Shown here: one piece after another, positions 12,957 through 27,095 of the stretch
How positions within the stretch are numbered: the first letter of the stretch is position 1
Layout: each line of letters begins with the position of its first letter
Source of the DNA: Azolla caroliniana
Taxonomy: Eukaryota; Plantae; Polypodiophyta
DNA: 64,000 bases
Assembly (NCBI GenBank): GCA_043228905.1
Contig: JBHGNT010000003.1
Span: 7,192,001 to 7,256,000, forward strand
Reading direction: 5' to 3'
The notes under the pieces: generated by a model
Database searches by the model: none
What the model was told of the DNA's origin: nothing
The model's input: the letters and a program-made list of their open reading frames with translations, nothing else
Position numbers and translations under genes: made by a program

Positions 12957-14659
12957 GATGACAATGACACTTCATCCATCTCTACATTGGTGGCCTAAAC
13001 CTCAACATTGACCCTATACTCAGATGCCTCTTCATTTATGATTGAGCTCTTGGTTTCTCCCTGCACCCATGAAGTAATCTTGGAGCAAGGCAAACCTTGA
13101 GCGACTTGTTAGCCACAAAACGAATATTTTATGATAGAGACATACCATTGTGCATCAAATGCTTAAGGTTTGAAGAAATGGTTCTAACAAGAACCACCAA
13201 TCCATGTTATATATTCTAGGGACATTATTGATGAGTTCTTGGAGGCGGAGGATCAAATCTAATGCCCACTTCCATTATTCTTCGAGGAGGGGATATCATT
13301 GCTACACATCGACATCACCCCAAAAATGAACTTTGTTTCCTTTGTGACCTATGGACTATAACATTCTTATTAGTGTGAAGGACCCTGTTCACATCTGCAC
13401 TATCCTCCAAAACCTTCACACCTCAACGCATCAAATTGTACTTGACATCTCACATTTAGTGATACAAGAGATTAGTAGTCACATGTAAAAACGACGTCTG
13501 ACCCCATAAAGACCAATCCGCAATTTCTCTTCTGTTTATAGAGGACCTTGTATCAATAAAATATTTTGTAGTTCTTACAAGATAAACCCATAATTAGGCA
13601 AGATACGCAATAATTGTTGTACTTCAACAAACTCTAAAATTCATTGAGATCAACCCTCAACTATCTCTCCCACGTCTTTGACCCCCAAAGAAACAATCAA
13701 TTAAACTAAGACCGTAATATCTCCTCTTTAGACTAACATAATAATTGAGAAGACACAAGTAACTCTTTTTGTAAAGAATTTTAATGTTATCTACTAGATG
13801 ATGTTTTCCATACAAATAATGAGACCGCGTTCTTCCATGAGACAACCAAGTGTTGAACACATGAAGAGCAAGGAATCCTAAGAGGAATACATATGTTCTT
13901 TAATTGTCACCATGAAGCCTTAATCATTGTCCTCCCATGTACTATACCCTTATTCTCAATGAAATGTTGAACAATAGATATTCATGGTTGTGAGTCTGAA
14001 CACATGTCTTGCAATAATGAAAATTTACGAGCCATCGTATGCATAGATCAGTCCAATATTGCAGCTTCTCCCAAGCGCTTAGGGGTTACTAGATGATTTG
14101 TTGCAACCCATGTCATTCCTATCTTATCCCTATTTCTCCACAACAAATATTGAAGAGGTTGTAAAACAAAATGCAAAGCCTTCTTTGTCCATGGCAATAA
14201 TGACAAGTAATGTAATACCATTTGTTCCATGATACATTTTGTCGTCTTCAGGTATACGTGAAATGGCTAAGATTGTGACTTCCAACTTATCCTTTTATTA
14301 GACATCTATTCAATCAAATGGCCATTCGTAACATTTATTCCCGACAGATACCCCAAGTGTAAAAAAATAAAGCCTATTCTAACCAAATATCCTCGCCATC
14401 CTAGACATTCCAAATCCCTTTTAGTACATGAGATGAGACTAGACTTCCTCCAAGTAATATTAATCCGAATGCGAATGCAAATTGGTTCCATACAAACTTC
14501 CCCTTATTAAGATTCTCACATGAGGCTCATACAAACATTAAAGAATCATTTGTTAAAGTTTGTGCTACTAGTTGCCCTTCCAAATGGAAGGTGTAGACCC
14601 ACTATGTCACCAGTAGTTGCAAGCCCACACACACACACATACCTCTCTCTCTCATCCCT

Positions 14660-14970
14660 CGGAAAGGCCATTAGTGAATTAATTAGCATGCATTATGGTA
14701 TGGCAGATGTGAATGTATATGGAGCAAAACGAGTTGGGAAATACGGTGTTGCTTGCTCCGGAGAAAGGCCTATTGTATGCACAATGATGGATAATACAAA
14801 GCTGCAAAGGATCATACTCGAAAATAGTTGGGTATAACTCAAAGGTACGCAATGCTTTGTCAGTGAAAATCATACCATCTCACAACAAAATGCTCGTCTC
14901 AAAGCATATGAAGCAAATTTGAAAAATAAGGTTAAAGATGTGCCTAAAGACGGAAATGTAGGCAAATAGG
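14660..14970 (+). pseudogene. LINE ORF1-like fragment
   Basis: AKRVGKY...ERPIVCTMMDNTKLQRIILENSWV*LKGTQCFVSEN resembles the RPIxxxF...LKGTxxxIxEDL pattern of LINE ORF1p; internal stop. Confidence 0.4.
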
Positions 14971-15015
14971 GACCCGTGACCTATGAGACTAATTTGTGGT
15001 GTCTCTAAAAAGAGT

Positions 15016-15468
15016 TGTAAGAATCGAGTGTGATTCTATGCAACGGAATAGATTAGAGATGTGTGACATGTGTGTGTGAAAGAGGAGAGAGGATAGACAT
15101 AAGACAGATAGGAAAATAGAATACTCAAGAAGATGTATGTATTAGAAAGTGGAGAACAAGTACAACAATATGAATATTACAAAGGAGATTAACCGACACT
15201 TTACAAAGTAGGAGGGTGCTTTATATAAGGTCAACCTCTCTCTACACTCTCTCACTAAAAACGCTCACTCTCTGTCTAGAACCTTGGGGAATGTGGAGGC
15301 TCATTAATTATGGGGAATATGGAACTCATTAGTTATGTGTCATAGAATACGATTCTATGACACATAGTTAATGTGTAGAAAGTAGTGGTGACTTTTGACC
15401 TTTGAGTGCTCATAGATTCTCAAAAGGTGTGTTCACACACTAGACTATGTTGAGCTTGATTCTCAACA
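15016..15468 (-). mobile_element. Copia solo LTR (B/E-related family)
   Basis: TGTAA...GTTGAGCTTGATTCTCAACA termini match the end of the E LTRs and the reverse complement of the B LTR start; TSD degenerate (AGAGT/AGAAC). Confidence 0.6.
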
Positions 15469-17579
15469 AGAACCACCAAAAAACCAGCCTCAAGATGAGT
15501 CACGAGGAAACCAAGGAACCCTAAGATAGAGTTTGCACGAGTTTAACCCAAGAATGGTTTGGGTTGGGACAGTCCCAAGAAGGGAACTTGTCCCAGTCTC
15601 AATCTCAATCCCAGTTCCCAAAAGGGGGCGCCAGTTTTGGGTTGGGATCACCAATCCCAATCTGAGTTGTCCCAGACCCTACTACAAGGGAAACACCTAC
15701 CTTGACATAACAACTCTTGGTATAATAGCTTGGGAAGCCCAAAAGTCACCTACCCTTAGACTATATAAAGAAGACCCCTTCCTCATTTTTTATCATTCCT
15801 CGATTTCCTAATTTACTTAATCTCTCCTTAATCTTAGGTAGCTCCAAGGAGCTTGTAATAAAACCTTCTTATAGTTTTGATTAAGTGTAATAATAATTAA
15901 TATTAGTTTTGGCATGATCACTTCTCCCCTATTGGTTGGTCGGTTCAACCAACCAAACTACGCAAAGCACAAGTCGACGAGTTAGTCAAAAGTATAGACG
16001 TAGTTGAAATGAAATGTATTTGTAACAGACAAGTGTGTAGTTAGACGAATGTAAAAGAAGAGTCGAAAATTATTATTAGGCCAAGTAAAAACTATTAGGG
16101 CAGCTGGTTGAGTGTAACTGTAGGATTTTTGCCGAACAGGCAGTTGTGTAAATCTTGGAAGTCTCTCAGGCCACCTATAAGAAGGGGCCAAGAGCATTGT
16201 AACAACATCGATTTGTATAATTTGCTATAGATTTTAATATAATTTTTCTTAGTTAGAGTATATTATGTGTTGTGTGATGCTATTTCAGATTCTTTTACTC
16301 ATAATACATATAGCCACCAATCGATCATAATAGTGTTCTTCTTATTACCATAAGTGATTATGTATGTAATTTAAGGTACATGTTTATGTTAACTATGTTT
16401 AAGAATTCGATAGAGTAGAGTCGACCAAACCTAATCTCCAACCTGTCATGGACACATCAACCACGGACTACGATGGAGCATGGATGACAAGGCTACGACC
16501 GATAAGGTTATGAATGTGGAACTCAACTTGATAAGGATAGAAACTTGGGAAGTTGGGAACGACAAGATGAGGAACTTAAGATGCTAGGAACAATACGAAA
16601 GAGCCTTTAAACATGAATACTAGATTGATGTGTCAATGACTGGTGTTAAATCCCTTCAAAGGGACCAAAGATATTACAAGTATTTATACATGCTTGTAGG
16701 TTCTACATGTAGTTCCATGCATAGAACCATTTTCATACAGAAGCTTATGGAGGTTTCTAGAAGCTTCTAAAAACTGCTAGAACTTCGAATAGATAATCTA
16801 CTAACATATACATAACATGACTATGTATTTGGATATGTTTGTTAGAACATGTTGAGAGATCAAGCTCAACTTAGTTTAGTTAGTTAGTCAACACATGTAA
16901 CTTAGTAGTTACCTAGATAGAATCTAGTTAGTGTGTTGACCATAAAGCCTTAAAAAAGATTTTGTACTCGAGTGGGATACATTGTAGATCCACCACTCCA
17001 TGCTCATTTAATATAGGACTTACACGTTGTACCTATATTCTCCTAGCACATGTGCACCCTTGCACATGAAACCTATATATATCTCATCGAAGGTATTTTT
17101 GTATTTGATGATATTTGATGACATGTGTCCACGACCATATGCTTAGCCACATTTGAGATGCCAAGACGCCTAAAGAGGCGTGGGAGAACTTAAAGAAAAT
17201 GTTCGCCGCCAACACGACCGCCCGCAAACTTCAACTCCGGCAAGAGTTGAATAACATTCGGCAAAAAGACATGTTCGTGTCGGACTACACCACCAAAATC
17301 AAGAGCATTTGTGACTTGCTTGGCTCCATCATTATAAATGTTGATGAAGATGAGATGGTTTAAGTATGCTTGGGCGGCCTCGCACAACGATTTGATCCAC
17401 TACGGACGGCAATCTTGGCGAGAGATAACCCTCCTTCGTTCTTCGACCTCCAATCGATGTTATTGGTCGAAGAAAACCACGTCCGAACCAAAAGCAAGGC
17501 ACCGGAAGGACAAATGTTCTTCTCGAATTCGGACGATGGTCGTGGAAGAGGTCGTGGCGGTAGAAGAGGAAGCCATTGG

Positions 17580-18955
17580 GGAAGATTCCATATGCCTTTG
17601 CTGTCGGGAGCTTGATGTACGCTATGGTGTGCACCCGACCGGATATAGGATACGCAGTCGGAGTGGTGAGCCGGTTCATGAGTAATCCCGGCAAGAAGCA
17701 TTAGAACGCGGTCAAATGGATACTCCGGTATTTGAAGGGCACTTCAAATATGTGTCTCCGATTCGGCTCCGGAAAACCTCAACTGGACGGTTTCACCGAT
17801 TCGGACATGTCGGCTGATGTGGATACCAGCCGGTCTACATCCGGGTATGTGATGACATATGCAGGGGGAGCTGTATCGTGGCAGTCGAGGCTGCAGAAGA
17901 CAGTTGCGTTGTCAACCATAGAGGCGGAGTACATGGCGGCTATGGAAGCCGGCAAGGAAATCTTATGGATGAAGGACTTCATCGGTGAGCTCGGTATACG
18001 GCAAGAGGAATACCGACTCTATTGCGACAGTCAAAGTGCCATCCACCTTACTAAGAATGCGGCCTACCATTCCCGGACGAAGCATATCCAACGGAGGTAT
18101 CATTGGATCCGGGAAAGAGTAGATGACCAGGAGTTCGCACTGACAAAGATCCACACGGCCGAGAACGGGTTAGATATGCTGACCAAAGTGCTGACACCCG
18201 ACAAGTTGGATGCATGCCGGAAGAGAATCGGACTGGTAAGACACCCCATGCCGGAGTGACGGGGGGAGTTTGTTGGGAGACAGGTCCCTCCGGATGAGAA
18301 GGGAGAAGAACAGTGCCGAAATGGTATGAGGAGTACCCGGCTACGGAGAGCCGGATGGTGCAGGCCCGGTGAAGACCGGATGAGGAGTACCCGGCTACGG
18401 AGAGCCGGATGGTGCAGGCCCGGTGAAGACCGGATGAGGAGTACCCGGCTACGGAGAGCCAGATGGTGCAGACCCGGTGTGAACCGGATGAAGAGACATA
18501 TTCGTAAATATGTTTCTGAGAGCCCATCGAGGCTATATTTGTAAATAGCCGAAAAGTCATATTAGTATAAATATGACTTAGGGCAAACTTGTTAGTGTGT
18601 TGTCAATTTCTGTCTTGCACGAAATCAGTGTGTGTAACAGTACAGAGAGAGAGAGAGAGAGAGAACGAGGTCGTTGCCTCTGTTGTAACCACCGCCTGTG
18701 GCGAAGATCGTGAGCACGAGGTCGTCGCCTCCGTGGACTCATTGTTTTGTACATTCTTACATAGTGATAGTTTGCAGCCTGTGGACTGCCGTGGTTTTTC
18801 CCCTAGCTTGGGGTTTTCCACGTAAACCTCCTGTGTAGTGTGTGTATATCTTCCTCTCCTTTGTGTCGTGTTTTTTTTTCTTCCCGTTTTCTGTGTATCA
18901 TTCTACGCTCGGTTGTGGCCGAGCGTCGTGCATAAGGAACGTTAGGTTCCCATCA
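17580..18955 (+). mobile_element. Element C': 3' remnant (RT end, RNase H, PPT, 3' LTR) of a Tnt1/Tork-like Copia
   Basis: RNase H ORF 17732-18259 (GFTDSD, EAEYMA, HSRTKHI); PPT GGGGGGAG; LTR 18271-18955 (TGTTGG...CATCA) with three 54-bp tandem units. Confidence 0.85.
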
Positions 18956-19830
18956 ATATGGGAGGTGATGCACATGAAGACAACAGCTTACATACGGTGC
19001 TTCATCGACATGAGCCTATACAACAACTTCAATGAAGAGAGCAAGGCTCATGAGCTCTGGGAGAAGATCGACATTATGTTTCAGAACAAAAATGCTGTTA
19101 ATCAGGTTTCGGTATTCCAGAAGTTAGTAAGACTCCGGTACCAAGATGGCTCCAGCATGGCGAAGCACATGAATGCCTTCCAAGGGCTGATCCACCAGGC
19201 AACATCATTGGAAGTACCTCTCGCCGATGAGGTACTAGCGCTACTCTTGCTCGGTTCCCTCCCGGATAGCTGGGAGACGTTGGTTGTCACTTTGGGCAAC
19301 GCCGGGCCGGAAGGGAAACAGTTATCCGTAGCAAGATTGAAGTCGAGCTTGCTAGATGAGGAGGCGCGTCGGAAAGATAAGGATACGAGCTCCGACTCCA
19401 AAGCGTTCCTTACCGAATCGGAATGTGGAAGACAAAGGAACCGTAGCCCCCAGAACCGGGAAAAGTCGGGAACACGGTCAAAGTCAAGGGGGAGGCCTAC
19501 TTGCTTCTATTGTGGCAAGCCGAGACACTTCCAGAAGAACTGTCGGCATTTCCCTAAAGACAAGGAAATCGACGACACCGATTCGAAGCGGACACCGGAC
19601 CGGAATGGTAAAGACCGTAGGGGACTGGACCGGAAGGGAACGACGGCAATCACGGCAAGTGAAGAAGAGTTGATGCTCATCATCGAGGAGAGTGAGATAA
19701 ACCTTGCCGGTGACGAGATGACCTGGGTGGTCGACTCCGGAGCGTCGTTCCACCTTACCCCGGACCGGAAATGCTTCTCATCCTACTCAATCGGTGATCA
19801 CGGCTGTGTCCGGATGGGGAATGAAGATAC

Positions 19831-22800
19831 TGTAGGGAATGAACAAAGCCGTCAGTGCGGAAGAGATCACATAATATGAATCTGTGAGAAGATATACCTG
19901 CGTATGAGAGAGGCAAGAACAAAATACGTACAGGGAGAGAGAGAGAGAGAGAGGCACAAAGCATATATCTATATTCATAAAAGGGCAACAGTTACAACAA
20001 TGAGCAACCAACTTTTGCAAAAGGTTACAAAGTCACTTTATATAGTGACTCACTTAGGGCAACTGCCCTCTATGTTATTTACAGAAATAGCCCGAACTTG
20101 GGTTCTCTAAGAGGATAGTGTGAATACGTCCATTATACATTTGTATTCGACACTCCCCCGTAATGGGCGTATACATGGGTTATCTAAAAAAAATACGGGT
20201 ATAGGCATAGGTTCTCGGACAGGTCGGTTTTGTTCGAATCGGCATGATCCGTAGACAGAAGACCGAACTGGTCGGGTCGGAAAAGCTGAAGCCGATCGTT
20301 AGTGAACCGATGTCTGTTGTCCGAAACCGTCCTGCACTGGGTCCGGCTTCAACCGGACCGATATGTTGTTACGCCCATCTGTTGCCGAAGAGACCGGAAC
20401 CGGTCTGCCGAAAGACACTTGGTCATTCCATCTGCGACATTATCGGTTGTGGATATCTTCTCTAAACCGATTTTCCCGGAAATGACACAGTCCCGAACAA
20501 AGTGATATCGAACTTCGATATGCTTGGAGGCGTTGTGATGAACCGGATTTTTCGACAAAGCAACGACACTTTGATGATGAGGAAGCATGTTGATCAAATA
20601 AATGAAAGCTGTCTTTTGGCATGATTCCGACTAATCTTCATTCCGAGTATGTGTCTTGCCGGACCGAGGTCCTTCATGGCAAACTTCAATCGCAGTTTCT
20701 GAACGAGTTCGGTGAGCTCTCCGGTATGCCGACTGGAGAGTAGCATGTCGTCCACGTAGATGATGAGGAAGACGGGAGAACCTTCTTGAGCGGTTTTGGT
20801 GAAGAGGCAATGGTCCTCATCGCTCTTGGAGAAGCCGACCGACTGGATGAAATCGTCGAACTTCTTGTACCATTGTCGGGGTGCCTGTTTCAGGCCGTAA
20901 AGACTCTTCCTGAATCGGCAAACTAGATGTTCCTGACCGGTGGCCACAAAGCCTTTCGGCTGCTCCATGTAGATTTCCTCCTTTAGATCATCGTGGAGGA
21001 ATGCCGTTTTCACATCTAGCTGAATCAACTCCAAATTGTTGGCAGCCACAACACTGAGCATGAAACGAAGGGTTGTCATTTTCACCACTGGTGAAAAGAT
21101 TTCGTCGAAGTCGACGCCATATTCCTGTCGAAATCCCTTCGCAACTAATCTGGCCTTGTACTTTGGGGTGGTTGAGTCGGACGTCTCCTTTAGTCTATAC
21201 ACCCACTTGCAAGGAAGAGCACGTTGATTCTTCGGTAAGTCGACCAGATCCCAAGTCTTGTTGGCGCGGATGGAGTGCATTTCCGACTCCATTGCCAGAT
21301 GCTAGGTGGCTGAATTGGCAGCTGCCAATGCTTCTTCGTAGGACGTCGGTTCGCCGGCGTCGGTGAAGAAAATTCCGGGAGAGTACCTCTCTGGAGGTTG
21401 AGACAGTCTCTCGGATCTTCGAGGTATGACTGGACTGGTCGCACCGGGTGTCGATGTCGGATGGTCGGAAGCCGAGCCATTCGGCTGTGCCGAGTCTGTG
21501 GATTCGGTGCGAGAGAGGTCAGTTACCCGTGAAACCGATCTCACGTTGTGTGCTGGGCCGTCATGAAAGGTTGGCACTTCGGAAAATATTACCCTTCGGA
21601 CTTCAATAGGCCTTTCGGCCGTTTTGTGCATAGTCGACTTGTTGAACACGACGTCCGAACTTCGGATGATTTGCTTGTGCTCGGGGTCCCAGAGTTGGTA
21701 TCCGATCTCGCCGTCGGGTCCATACCCGAGGAAAACGCATTTCCTTGATCTCGGTTCGAGTTTTCGGCTGTCGTCTTTCGGTATGAGGGCGTATGCCTCG
21801 CAACTGAAAATCCTCAACTTATCATAATTCGGCTTTCTGCCGGTCCATATTTCCTGAGGTATCTTAAGTCCTAGAGGTCTACTTGGCGACATATTGATTA
21901 TTTGTACTGCCGTGAGTAGAGCCTCTGCCCAGAAGCCATCCGACAGTCCGGAGTGTTGGAGCATGGATACTGTAACGCGTTCTTGAATCGTCCGATTCAT
22001 GCGTTCTGCGATTCCGTTCTGCTTCGGACTATATGGTGCCGTATATTCACGTCTAATGCCGCGTTCTCGGCAAAATTTGATGAATTCATCAGATTTGAAC
22101 TCACCTCCACTGTCGGTTCGGAGACACTTCAGTTTCCGACCGGTCTAGTTTTCGACCATTGCGAGCCAATCTGAGAAGATCGAGAACACCCAATCTTTGG
22201 TTCTGATGGGGTAAGCCCACACCTTCCGAGTCGAGTCGTCAATGAAACTGACGAAGTACGAGGCACCATCGAGTGACTGATGTGGCATCAGGCCACAGAC
22301 GTCCGAGTGGACCAAATCGAGCGGGCTCGACTCTCTTGGTGCTGATGTCGGGTGTGATGTGGCTACCTGTTTGCCGTATTGGCAATGCTCGCAAAATTGA
22401 TGGTCCGAGAAGGAGAGTTTTGGGATGTATCCAGCTCTGGATAGGTGCGTGATGCTGGCCTTGCTGAGGTGTCCAAGTCGTCCATGCCATAAAGATGACA
22501 CAAGGATATCTACTAGAAATAAGTCACCCTCTCTGAGTGTGACATACAAAGGGTACAATGAGTGTACCTTTGGTCCTCTAGCAAGCAGGAGGTTCCCTCT
22601 GTGGAATGTCCACCCTCCTGATGAGAAACCAGCACGGATGCCAGCTTCATCAAGTTGTCCGACTGAGATCAAGGGTCGTGAGAGCTCAGGAACGTGTCAG
22701 ACGTTGTGTAGTACGAGTGTAGAGCCACCCGGAAGGTTGAGCTCTACGGTGCCGATTCCGATGATAGCACAGTGCTGCGAATTTCCGACCCGAACTGAGT

Positions 22801-24801
22801 CGGAGTGCCGGTCCGAATATTGCCGAAACTATGATCAGTGAGGTGTCACGTGATACGACGCGCCCGAGTCCAGAAGCCATGTGCTCGATTCCTCAGTCGT
22901 AAGCAGAACTTCTGATTCGATTGGATTCTCTATGGACAATATGTTCGGGTTGGTCGTCAATATCTCGGCTGAAGAGCCGACGTAGTTGACTTCCTCATGC
23001 CAGTTACTCCTCTGATAAGCTCTCTGAGCTTTGTCTGTCCTTGACTTGAGTACTTGACAGTCGGCCTTGATGTGTCCCGGTTTCTTGCAGTAGTTGCAGA
23101 TTCGGGTTTCCCGGGACTTGCTGTGGCTTCGTTGATTTGTCGGCGGTCGGGAAGAGCTTCTTCCCCGGTTGTTCAATCGGTCGGTTGAACCTTGTACTAC
23201 ATAGGCTTCTTCTGCCGAGTCTTTGGTGAAAGACTTTCTCCGAGCTGCTTCAGTCAGGATTGCACTTGTGACTTCGGAGTACTTGATGGTAGTCGTAGAA
23301 CAGTTGTAACGAAGGTTTCCCAAGAGGAGGGGAGACTGCTCATGAGTATCATTGCTCTGAGTTCATCCTCGATTGTCGACCCCTGTGACGAGATTTGGGA
23401 GCTCAAACTTTCGTACTCGTTAAGGTGTGCCTGAACCGAATCAGAGTCTTTCATCCGCAAGTTGTAGAGGCGCCGGATCAAATACATCTTCGTTGAGGCG
23501 ACCTTCTTTTCGTAGGTTTCCGACAGCTTCTGCCAAAGTTCGAAGGCTGTCGTACATGATTGCACTGTGAAGTACACTGACTCCGACAGGTGCATCCGAA
23601 TCGTGGCGCAGACGATTCTGTCCAGCTTCTGCCACTCATTTGCCTTGTATATTTCTGGAGCAGTTTCATTCTCAATCGGATCGATCTGACCCTTGACTAT
23701 AAGATAGTCCTGCATTTGCTCCTTCCAAAAATTGAAGTTCGAACCGTCGAACCTCCTTAGACTCATTTCCGATGAGCCGGATGTTGATGCCATTAGATTC
23801 GGTTTCGGTTGACGAAGCTCGGTTCGGAGTTGACTACGAACTTTGTTGGAGTGCAACCGGTCGGCTCACCTGATATCGTTCTAGTCGGATTTGAACCCGA
23901 GTCAGTTCGGTTTTGGATATATGTATTGTTGAACTTGCTCGAATCGACTCCGGTAACTTGAGGGACATAACCGACTGGTCTCCCCGAATGTTGCCGAGTC
24001 GGAGTGAGCCCGGTTCGCTTCCGGATATATATGCCAAATACCGATTATTGAAACCGATTGTTTGGACCGATTCTGCTTCGGGTGACTACAGCGACGAGAG
24101 AGCCGGATCCAATTGATCCTCCCGAATGTTGATCAGCCGGATGAAGCACGAATTGGGGTTGTTGTCTTGAGACCGATCTGCACCGAGTGGTTACAACGGG
24201 CGGCGAGCAGCGTTCAGTGACCTGTTAGGATGCCGTTTAACCGAGTGGAGCATGATCGTGTCAATGTTGCACAAGGGGATTTCACCTCGAGCGGTTACGA
24301 TCACGAGGAACAGAGTACAGCCGGCTGGCTTACTCCAAGCGAAGATGATCTAACGCGATGAGATGCAAGCCTCGTTTTTCTTCTTCTCTCTTCTCTATTT
24401 CTTCAAATACAAAACAGAAAAAAAAGGATGTTGTGATCCAAAGATTCAAATGGCGGCCGGTAGCGGGATGAAGGACATCCAAGCTCTGATACCACATGTA
24501 GGGAATGAACAAAGCCGTCAGTGCGGAAGAGATCACACAATATGAATCTATGAGAAGATATACCTGCGTATGAGAGAGGCAAGAACAAAATAGGTACAGG
24601 GAGAGAGAGAGAGAGAGAGAGGCACAAAGCATATATCTATATTCATAAAAGGGCAACCAACCTTTGCAAAAGGTTACAAAGTCACTTTATATAGTGACTC
24701 ACTTAGGCCAACTGCTCTTTATGTTATTTACAGAAATAGACCGAACTTGGGTTCTCTAAGAGGATAGTGTGAATACGTCCATTATACATTTGTATTCGAC
24801 A
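19831..24801 (-). mobile_element. Element D: degenerate Ty1/Copia inserted in the C protease region
   Basis: LTRs 19831-20152 and 24497-24801; TSD GATAC/GGTAC (1 mismatch); tRNA-iMet PBS TGGTATCAGAGC ~24483-24494; PPT next to 20153; gag-PR-INT-RT-RH fragments with stops, frameshifts and an RT/RH deletion near 20594. Confidence 0.92.
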
Positions 24802-27095
24802 GGTACATGCCGAATTGTCGGCATAGGAGACGTGTGGCTGACAACACCAACCGGATGCAAGATGCTGCTGAAGGATGTCCGACATGTTCCGGAGGTTCGT
24901 CTGAACCTGATATCAACCGGTCGGCTAGATGATGAAGGCTACACGGGTAGCATCTGGAACGGTGTTATGAAGTTCAGCAAGGGGAGCCTGATTGTGGCTC
25001 GGGCCCGGAAGGTCAACACACTGTACCTGATGAATGCCCAGTTATGTCCGGAGGAAGTGAAGGTGGCATCCGACACTGCCGGTGAGCTATGGCACATGAG
25101 CGAGAAGGGGATGAAGAGGCTTGCAGAAGACAACCTCATTCCAATGAAGAACGTGCACTTGGAGAAGTGCACTGATTGTCTGGCCGGTAAGCAAAACCAG
25201 ACCTCCTTCCGACCAAGGCCACCGATGAGACGTAATGCACCACTGGAGTTGGTGCATACTTGTAAAAAGTAACGTGTGGAAGCAAGTATGAAGACGGAAC
25301 AGAAGGAAGAAAACTCAGGTTTAATGGAGAGCTTGAGCTTACGCAGTATATGCGGGAGAGACAGAGAGAGTGAGAGAGGAAGAAACAAGAACTATATTCA
25401 ACAACAGTACTAAATCTGTATTCACCACACTCTATACATATGTGTGTTCAATGAACACTTTTATACAAGTCCTAGAAGGACTGACTGAAGTACTGATAGT
25501 ACTTCAATGCTCATTAAGAGCTCCTACACTAACTCCCAAATATATTCCTCATGGAATATCTTTCCTAACGGCCTCCCAGTTTACGCACCAATCTGGTTCT
25601 ACCTACGTACCGGTCTGTGTACCGGTTTACGCATTTGGCCTAACTGATCGGTCCCAACCGATCCGGTCCTCGGCTTGTTCAGCCGATCCAGTCGATGTTG
25701 AGCTTGTCTCTCAACACTCCCCCTCAAGCTCAACTTGAGGCTCTTCGGGATCTTTGGGCTCACAACTTCGGTTCCTCCTAGCTTCACGCCTCGCTCGCGC
25801 TCCACGACCTGTTCGACTCCGCGCGCTTCGACCCTTCCGCTCTTATGTGGCCCTTATCAGCTCTTCTGCTGTTGCGGTGTTGACGCTTCTCCTGCTGCCT
25901 TTTCTTCCGCTTGGGCCTCGATTGATTCAACATATCTGAATCAAACATCCGAACCGACTTGGCTACCTCCGATCGGTTGTCGCTCTCGTCCGAGTTGGCT
26001 GTCTCCAACTTGTCTTCGGTCTTCTCGCCCTCGATGGCGTCATCTTCCCCATGCGTGGTTGGCTTCAGCTCTCTCCTTCAGTTGCTCCCCTTCTGTCCGC
26101 TTCCGGACTTTTCCCGGGGTCCGCCCTCGGCTTCTTCAGCCAATCCGAAGTCGAACTCAACAACCGAGTCAACCGACTCGGTGTCGCGGTCTCCACTCCT
26201 TTCCTGCTGCCTTGCTTGGTCGTTCGGGACTGTTCTCCTGCTCAAGTTTGGCACGTCGAGGTGACGCAACCCGAGCGCACCTGAGAATTGCCGCTGTCGT
26301 GCCTTTCGGCTCCGGATCGTTGCGTGAGTCGGGTGGGAACCACAGAGGTCTTGGACTAGGAGAAAGAAGTTCGTGAGATAGAGATTAATTATGAGTAAAT
26401 AGCAAAGAGAAAGATAAGAAACTCGTGAATCACACGAGCATACTATATTAATTGGTACTTAGGGTGTTAAGAGAGAAGTAGACGTATAAATCGTGAATCC
26501 CACGAATAATTTTTGTATTGATTAATTCTTAATCCAAAATAATCAACAACCCATTACATATTTCTCTCCTCCTTATATAAGGAAAAAAAAGCTAAGCATG
26601 TGATGCTTTTTTATTTCCTAAGTATAGGGCTCATGCACGCTAGATGTGCATGAGTTATTTTTAGTGTCTCGTGTTTTTTTTTTTTTTTTCTTTTTCATAT
26701 ATTAAAGAAATACACGATTTACCTTTTAATAAAGGTATGCATAAATAAAGGTCTTATACATATTAAATCTATATTTAAAACACTTAAGATAAGTTAATGT
26801 AATGGTAAGGTTGGGGTTTGTCAACGTGGAGGTGCAGAGTTCGAATCACGCCCTGCGCAGTAGTGAGTATTTCCTTTCTTTTTACATTTATGTCTCTTTA
26901 TCCGGCTCTTCCTTGCCGGTATGCCGTTTTCTTCCTTGCCGGTATGCCGTTTTTCCTCCTTGCCGGTATGCCGTTTTCCTCCTTGCCGGTATGCCGTTTT
27001 CCTCCTTGCCGGTATGCCGTTTTCTTCCGGTTCTCACCGAGCACTCCATTCTCTATCTGGAGGGACAAAAATATAATTTCCACATAGTGTGCAAC

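Noticed and set aside
18326-18490. 54-bp repeats and their short ORFs (also 45476-45695)
   Set aside because: U3 tandem repeats of Copia LTRs; the ORFs are by-products of a unit length divisible by 3.
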